Of a stretch of 59,694 nt of DNA, positions 55,767-59,694 are shown one piece after another. The translations under genes and the position numbers were made by a program. Every line of letters starts with the position of its first letter. Position 1 is the stretch's first letter. Source of the DNA: an uncultured Fibrobacteraceae bacterium (GTDB taxonomy: Bacteria > Krumholzibacteriota > Krumholzibacteriia > LZORAL124-64-63); NCBI GenBank assembly GCA_964646035.1, contig CAZYDJ010000003.1, forward strand, positions 1 through 59,694, written 5' to 3'. The notes under the pieces are model-generated. The model was not told the origin of the DNA. It made no database searches and worked only from the letters and a program-made list of their open reading frames with translations.

Positions 55767-56176
55767 TGGAGGTCCTCCTTGGGTGGTCTCTGCTGCTCCG
55801 GCTTGCGGAGAATCGGTTGTTTGGATCTGCCGGTGACGGGATTCCGTTCCCGACCCGTCCCCCGCCGGTGTTCAGCAATGCGGATGCCAGCCCGGCCCAA
55901 GGCTCCGACGGTAATATCTAGATTCAATCCGGACTTTGACTTGTATGATTTCCGATCCCGCCCGGGAGTTCCTTGTCGTGCCCCATGGCTCCCCGTCATT
56001 CCCTGAAATAATCTCGTACTGCCATCAACTCGGATGGGAGGATTGTATTCTGCACGATCGGGGCGCCGCGGGATGGGTCGAGGGCCACAATCTCCTTGAC
56101 GTACAGTCAGTTATCCTGGAATATGGGCTGCAATCGGTTCTGTTGGTGGAGGTGATGTTCCAAGGGAGGGGTCGCG

Positions 56177-56458
56177 ATGACCAAGGCAGATATCGTCGAG
56201 GATGTGGCGCAACGCACGGGACTGACCAAGAAAGAGGTCGGCGAGACCGTCGATCTGTTCCTGCAGAAGGTCGGCGATCTGCTCTCGGATGGGAAACACC
56301 TGGAGATTCGTGGTTTCGGGACTTTCAAGGTCAAAGAGCGAAAAGCACGAATGGCGCGTAATCCCCGCACGGGAGAGACAGTGCCGGTGCCCGCTCGCCG
56401 GGTCCCTGTCTTCAAGGTTTCCAAGATGTTGAAGGACAAGGTAGCCTTGTCCTCCTGA
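56177..56458 (+). CDS. HU/IHF-family DNA-binding protein
   Basis: MTKADIVEDVAQRTGLTKKEVGETVD...LEIRGFGTFKVKERKARMARNPRTGETVPVPARRVPVFK. Confidence 0.93.
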   Translation: MTKADIVEDVAQRTGLTKKEVGETVDLFLQKVGDLLSDGKHLEIRGFGTFKVKERKARMARNPRTGETVPVPARRVPVFKVSKMLKDKVALSS

Positions 56459-56501
56459 TCCCACTGGAGCCGAGAGCCCGCAACGAATTGAAAGCGGTCC
56501 A

Positions 56502-56541
56502 GCACCGGCCTTTCCCCGAATATGACGGGAAGGGCCGGTGC
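56502..56541 (+). terminator. Long hairpin after the HU/IHF gene
   Basis: GCACCGGCCTTTCCC-10 nt-GGGAAGGGCCGGTGC, 15 bp with one G-U. The downstream GTTGTG is only weakly U-rich. Confidence 0.45.
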
Positions 56542-56569
56542 GTTGTGACGGAAAGGGGGAGCCTGCCCG

Positions 56570-57601
56570 ATGCTCCGAGTGGACCTGAGAAGCGATACCA
56601 TCACCGAGCCTGATGCCGCGATGCGTGCGGCCATGGCCGGGGCCGTGGTCGGCGACGACGTTTTCGGCGACGATCCCACGGTCAACATCCTGCAGGACAG
56701 GGTGGCGGATCTGCTGGGCAAGGAAGCGGCTCTCTACGTGCCGAGCGGAACGATGAGCAACCAGATCGCTCTGCGCGCCCAGACCCGGCCGGGACAGCAG
56801 ATCATCTGTGAGCGGGACGCCCACATCTATCATTACGAAGCGGGCGGGCCGGCCGTGTTGTCGGGATTGATGGTGACCCGGGTTCGCGGTGAAGGCGGCA
56901 TGCCCGCCTGGCCGGATATAGAGGCCGAGATCAATCCCGACGACATCCACAGCGCTTCTCCGGCGATGATCTGTCTCGAGAACACCCACAACCGGGCCGG
57001 AGGGCGGGTGCTGCGGCAGGAAGATGTCGTGGCTGTCGGCGAGGCGGCGCATGCCCTCGGTCTGCGCGTCCATCTGGACGGAGCGAGGCTGTGGAACGCC
57101 CACGTCGCCACCGGTATCCCGCTGGATGTCCTGGCGGCTCCGGCCGATACGGTGAGTGTCTGTTTTTCCAAGGGCATGGGGGCTCCGGTCGGATCGGCCC
57201 TGGTCGGCGACGCTGAGACGATCGAGAGGGGCCGCAACATCCGCAAGCTCTTCGGCGGCGGGATGAGACAGGCCGGGATCCTGGCCGCGGCCTGTGTTCA
57301 CGCCCTGGACCACAACCTGCCGCTGCTGGCGGCCGATCACGTACACGCCCGGCGGCTGGCCGAAGGCCTGGACAACCCGGTCCTGGGAGTAGGTCATCCG
57401 GTCGATACCAACATCGTGGTCTTCGACGTCGCTGCGCCGGCCACGCCGGAAGCCCTGCTCGATCATCTGGCTGCCCGGGGGATCCTGGCGGTGCCGTTCG
57501 GCAGGGGCCGGGTGCGGATGGTCACAAACCTGATGGTGGGCCCGGAAGGCGTCGAGGCGGCGCTCGAGGCCCTTAACGATTTTCGGGGGTTTCAGCTTTG
57601 A
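56570..57601 (+). CDS. ltaE: Low-specificity L-threonine aldolase
   Basis: ...DLRSDTITEP...GDDVFGDDPTVN...SGTMSNQIALR...FSKGMGAPVGS (PLP Lys)... Confidence 0.88.
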   Translation: MLRVDLRSDTITEPDAAMRAAMAGAVVGDDVFGDDPTVNILQDRVADLLGKEAALYVPSGTMSNQIALRAQTRPGQQIICERDAHIYHYEAGGPAVLSGLMVTRVRGEGGMPAWPDIEAEINPDDIHSASPAMICLENTHNRAGGRVLRQEDVVAVGEAAHALGLRVHLDGARLWNAHVATGIPLDVLAAPADTVSVCFSKGMGAPVGSALVGDAETIERGRNIRKLFGGGMRQAGILAAACVHALDHNLPLLAADHVHARRLAEGLDNPVLGVGHPVDTNIVVFDVAAPATPEALLDHLAARGILAVPFGRGRVRMVTNLMVGPEGVEAALEALNDFRGFQL

Positions 57602-58938
57602 AGATCGTGATAGTGGGCGCCGGGGCGGTCGGTTTCGACCTGGCCCGGACCCTGAGCCGACGCGACCACGACGTTGTCGTCGTGGAACGTGATACCGAGC
57701 GACTGGGCGAACTCACCAACACGCTCGACTGCCGCTCCCTGGCGGGCAACGGGGTCGACGCGTCGGTCCTGGAAGGGATCGGCATGACCGACTGCGAACT
57801 CTTCGCCGCGGTCACCGACAGCGACGAGACCAACATCATCGCCTGCCTCACCGCGCAGAAGCTCGGCGCCGGGATGAGGGTGGCCCGGGTTCGCGACTCC
57901 GCCTACTACCGCAACGGCGTGCTGGCCCTCGACGGCATCGACCTGGCGATCAACCCGGATCTCGAGGCGGTGCGGTCGATCAGCCGCATCCTCTGGCAGA
58001 GTTCGGCTTCGGACGTGCAGGAGTTCGCCGGCGGCCGGGTGCGGGTGGTGGCCGCCAAGGTGGACGCCGAATCGTTCGTGGCGGGACGGACCCTGGCCGA
58101 AGTGGAAAAGGATCTGGGGTCGCGCTGGGCCCTGGTCATCACGATTCTGCGCGAAGGAAAAACGCTGATTCCCCGCGGCGACACCGTCATCGAAACGAAC
58201 GACCAGATCTATCTGGCCGGCGCCCGCGGCCTGGTCGACAAGGCATTGACCTACGTCCATGATTCCGGCGAACGTCTGGGCAACGTGATGATCATCGGCG
58301 CCAACGCGATGGGCGTCGGCCTGGCCCGCGACCTGGAATCTCTCGGCATCAAGGTCAAGCTCATCGACCGCAACGAGGAGCGGTGCCAGCTGGCCGCGGA
58401 GCAGCTTCACCGGGCCCTGGTGCTTCACGGCGACGGCACGGACGTCGAACTGCTGCAGAGCGAGGGAGTCTCGGAGATGGACGGCTTCGTGGCGATCTCC
58501 AAGGACGAGGAGACCAACGTCATGGCCTGTCTCCTGGCCCACCACAACGGAGCCGGCAAGACGATCTGCCTGGTGAACCGTCCCGATTACGTACCCCTGC
58601 TGCCGCTGCTCGGGGTCGACGCGGCGGTATCGCCGCGGTTGGCCGCCGCCGACGCCATCGCCCGCTTCGTCAAGCGCGGCGCTGTCATCAGCACGCACAG
58701 CCTGAGCTTCAGCGGTTCCGAGATCATGCAGGTCCAGATCGCGAAGGGCTGCCGCTGCATCGGCCGCACTCTCGCCGAGGTTGAATTTCCCCGTGACGCG
58801 GTCATCGGCGCGATCATCAAGCGGGGTAGAGTGGTTACTCCCCGGGGCGATACGGTGCTCCAGGCCGGGGACGAGGCTGTCGTTTTCGCACTTCCCTCGG
58901 GATTGCCCGAGGTCGAGAAGTTCTTCGCCGCGGAGTGA
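57598..58938 (+). CDS. trkA: Trk system potassium uptake protein TrkA (two RCK-N/RCK-C repeats)
   Basis: The TTG start overlaps the ltaE stop. MKIVIVGAGAVG and a second IIGANAMGVG Rossmann motif. Confidence 0.9.
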   Translation: MKIVIVGAGAVGFDLARTLSRRDHDVVVVERDTERLGELTNTLDCRSLAGNGVDASVLEGIGMTDCELFAAVTDSDETNIIACLTAQKLGAGMRVARVRDSAYYRNGVLALDGIDLAINPDLEAVRSISRILWQSSASDVQEFAGGRVRVVAAKVDAESFVAGRTLAEVEKDLGSRWALVITILREGKTLIPRGDTVIETNDQIYLAGARGLVDKALTYVHDSGERLGNVMIIGANAMGVGLARDLESLGIKVKLIDRNEERCQLAAEQLHRALVLHGDGTDVELLQSEGVSEMDGFVAISKDEETNVMACLLAHHNGAGKTICLVNRPDYVPLLPLLGVDAAVSPRLAAADAIARFVKRGAVISTHSLSFSGSEIMQVQIAKGCRCIGRTLAEVEFPRDAVIGAIIKRGRVVTPRGDTVLQAGDEAVVFALPSGLPEVEKFFAAE

Positions 58939-58942
58939 GTTG

Positions 58943-59694
58943 ATGAATCTGCGCGGAATCTGCAGAGTCCTCGGATTTCTCCTGGTGGTCGTATCCATCT
59001 CCCTGATGCTGCCGTTGATCGTCGATCTGATCTATCGCGAAGGCGATTGGCCCCACTTCCTGATCTCGGCCCTGATCGGCGCGGTGACCGGCGCACTGTT
59101 GATGATGCTGGGGCGCGGCGCTCCCGAACTGCGTGTCCGCGAGGGATTCGCCATCGTCACCCTGGGCTGGTTCTCGGCCGGTCTTCTCGGTGCGGTCCCC
59201 TTCATGTTGACCGGCGCCATACCCGCCTTCACCGACGCCGTATTCGAATCGATCTCCGGATTCACGACCACCGGATCGACCATCATGACCGCCATCGAAT
59301 CGGTCGGCCGCCTCCATCACGGAGTGCTGTTCTGGCGCTCGCTGACCCAATGGCTGGGCGGCATGGGGATCGTGGTGCTGGCCCTGGCGGTCCTGCCCCT
59401 GCTCGGGATCGGCGGCATGCAGCTGTTCAGGGCAGAGGCGCCGGGACCTTCTCCGGACCGGCTCACGCCCCGCATCAGGGAGACCGCCAGATTGCTCTGG
59501 GGGGTCTACGTGCTGATCACCGGCGCCGAGATCCTGTTGCTGGCCACCGTGGGCCGGATGGGGATCTTCGACTCCGTCTGCCACTCCCTGACCACCATGG
59601 CCACCGGCGGTTTCTCCACCCGCGACGCCAGCGTGGGCGGTTTCGGCTCGCCCGCGGTGGAGTGGATCATCACCCTGTTCATGTTCCTGGCGGG
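58943..59694 (+). CDS. trkH: Trk system potassium uptake protein TrkH, N-terminal ~250 aa (runs off the 3' edge)
   Basis: Hand-translated; absent from the track because it has no stop: MNLRGICRVLGFLL...REGFAIVTLGW...DAVFESISGFTTTGST...MATGGFST... Confidence 0.88.
   Translation, partial: MNLRGICRVLGFLLVVVSISLMLPLIVDLIYREGDWPHFLISALIGAVTGALLMMLGRGAPELRVREGFAIVTLGWFSAGLLGAVPFMLTGAIPAFTDAVFESISGFTTTGSTIMTAIESVGRLHHGVLFWRSLTQWLGGMGIVVLALAVLPLLGIGGMQLFRAEAPGPSPDRLTPRIRETARLLWGVYVLITGAEILLLATVGRMGIFDSVCHSLTTMATGGFSTRDASVGGFGSPAVEWIITLFMFLA

Noticed and set aside
55936-56361. 141-aa plus-strand ORF upstream of and overlapping the HU/IHF gene
   Set aside because: It runs out of frame through 185 nt of the well-supported HU gene, and the overlapping part is Arg-rich frame noise. 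No SD and no recognisable domain.

Overview
GC-rich bacterial chromosomal window (about 60-65% GC by eye). I recognised no rRNA, tRNA, CRISPR array, transposase or integrase. Layout: (a) 1-15.4 kb holds the 3' end of tuf and a complete collinear S10-spc-alpha ribosomal-protein superoperon, rpsJ to rplQ, including secY-adk-map-infA-rpmJ. It lacks rpsD, and rpsE carries an in-frame TAG. It ends in a clear intrinsic terminator. (b) 15.5-26.5 kb holds fabH, a GldA-like ABC ATPase, a fused GldF/GldG-like permease, DUF4340, an M23 peptidase, adenosine deaminase, metG and an atypical SDR. (c) 26.5-27.0 kb is an AT-rich island with a sigma70-like promoter, a 26-aa hydrophobic peptide ORF and an FmdB-type zinc-ribbon protein. 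(d) 27.0-34.6 kb on the minus strand holds MEMO-like, AMMECR1-like and cstA genes, followed by a tightly coupled four-gene lipid operon: alpha-oxoamine synthase, GNAT-like acyltransferase, extended-SDR reductase and a PAP2/IPC-synthase-like protein. This operon looks like a bacterial ceramide/phosphosphingolipid pathway. (e) 34.8-39.3 kb holds STAS, NUDIX, GT2, Mrp/ApbC, an O-antigen-ligase-like protein and a PtsN-like EIIA. (f) 39.5-49.7 kb is a six-gene cell-envelope operon: a double lamin-tail-domain protein with a FlgD-Ig/T9SS-type C-terminal domain, a PorV/FadL-like barrel, a helix-hairpin-helix plus giant beta-barrel protein, a second FadL-like barrel, a ComEC-type MBL lipoprotein and a 5'-nucleotidase. 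I consider this the best candidate for an undescribed system, possibly extracellular DNA capture, degradation and salvage at the outer membrane. (g) 49.9-59.7 kb holds a stand-alone ClpB-D2-like AAA+ ATPase, a zinc-ribbon protein, a second PtsN-like EIIA, rsgA, GT9, an M50 peptidase, an Fn3 lipoprotein, HU/IHF, threonine aldolase, trkA and the 5' part of trkH. The FlgD-Ig type C-terminal domain, the PorV-like and GldFG-like genes and the high GC suggest an uncultured FCB-superphylum-like lineage; that is inference only. All functional calls rest on motifs read from the translated ORFs and on gene order. No database search was possible.
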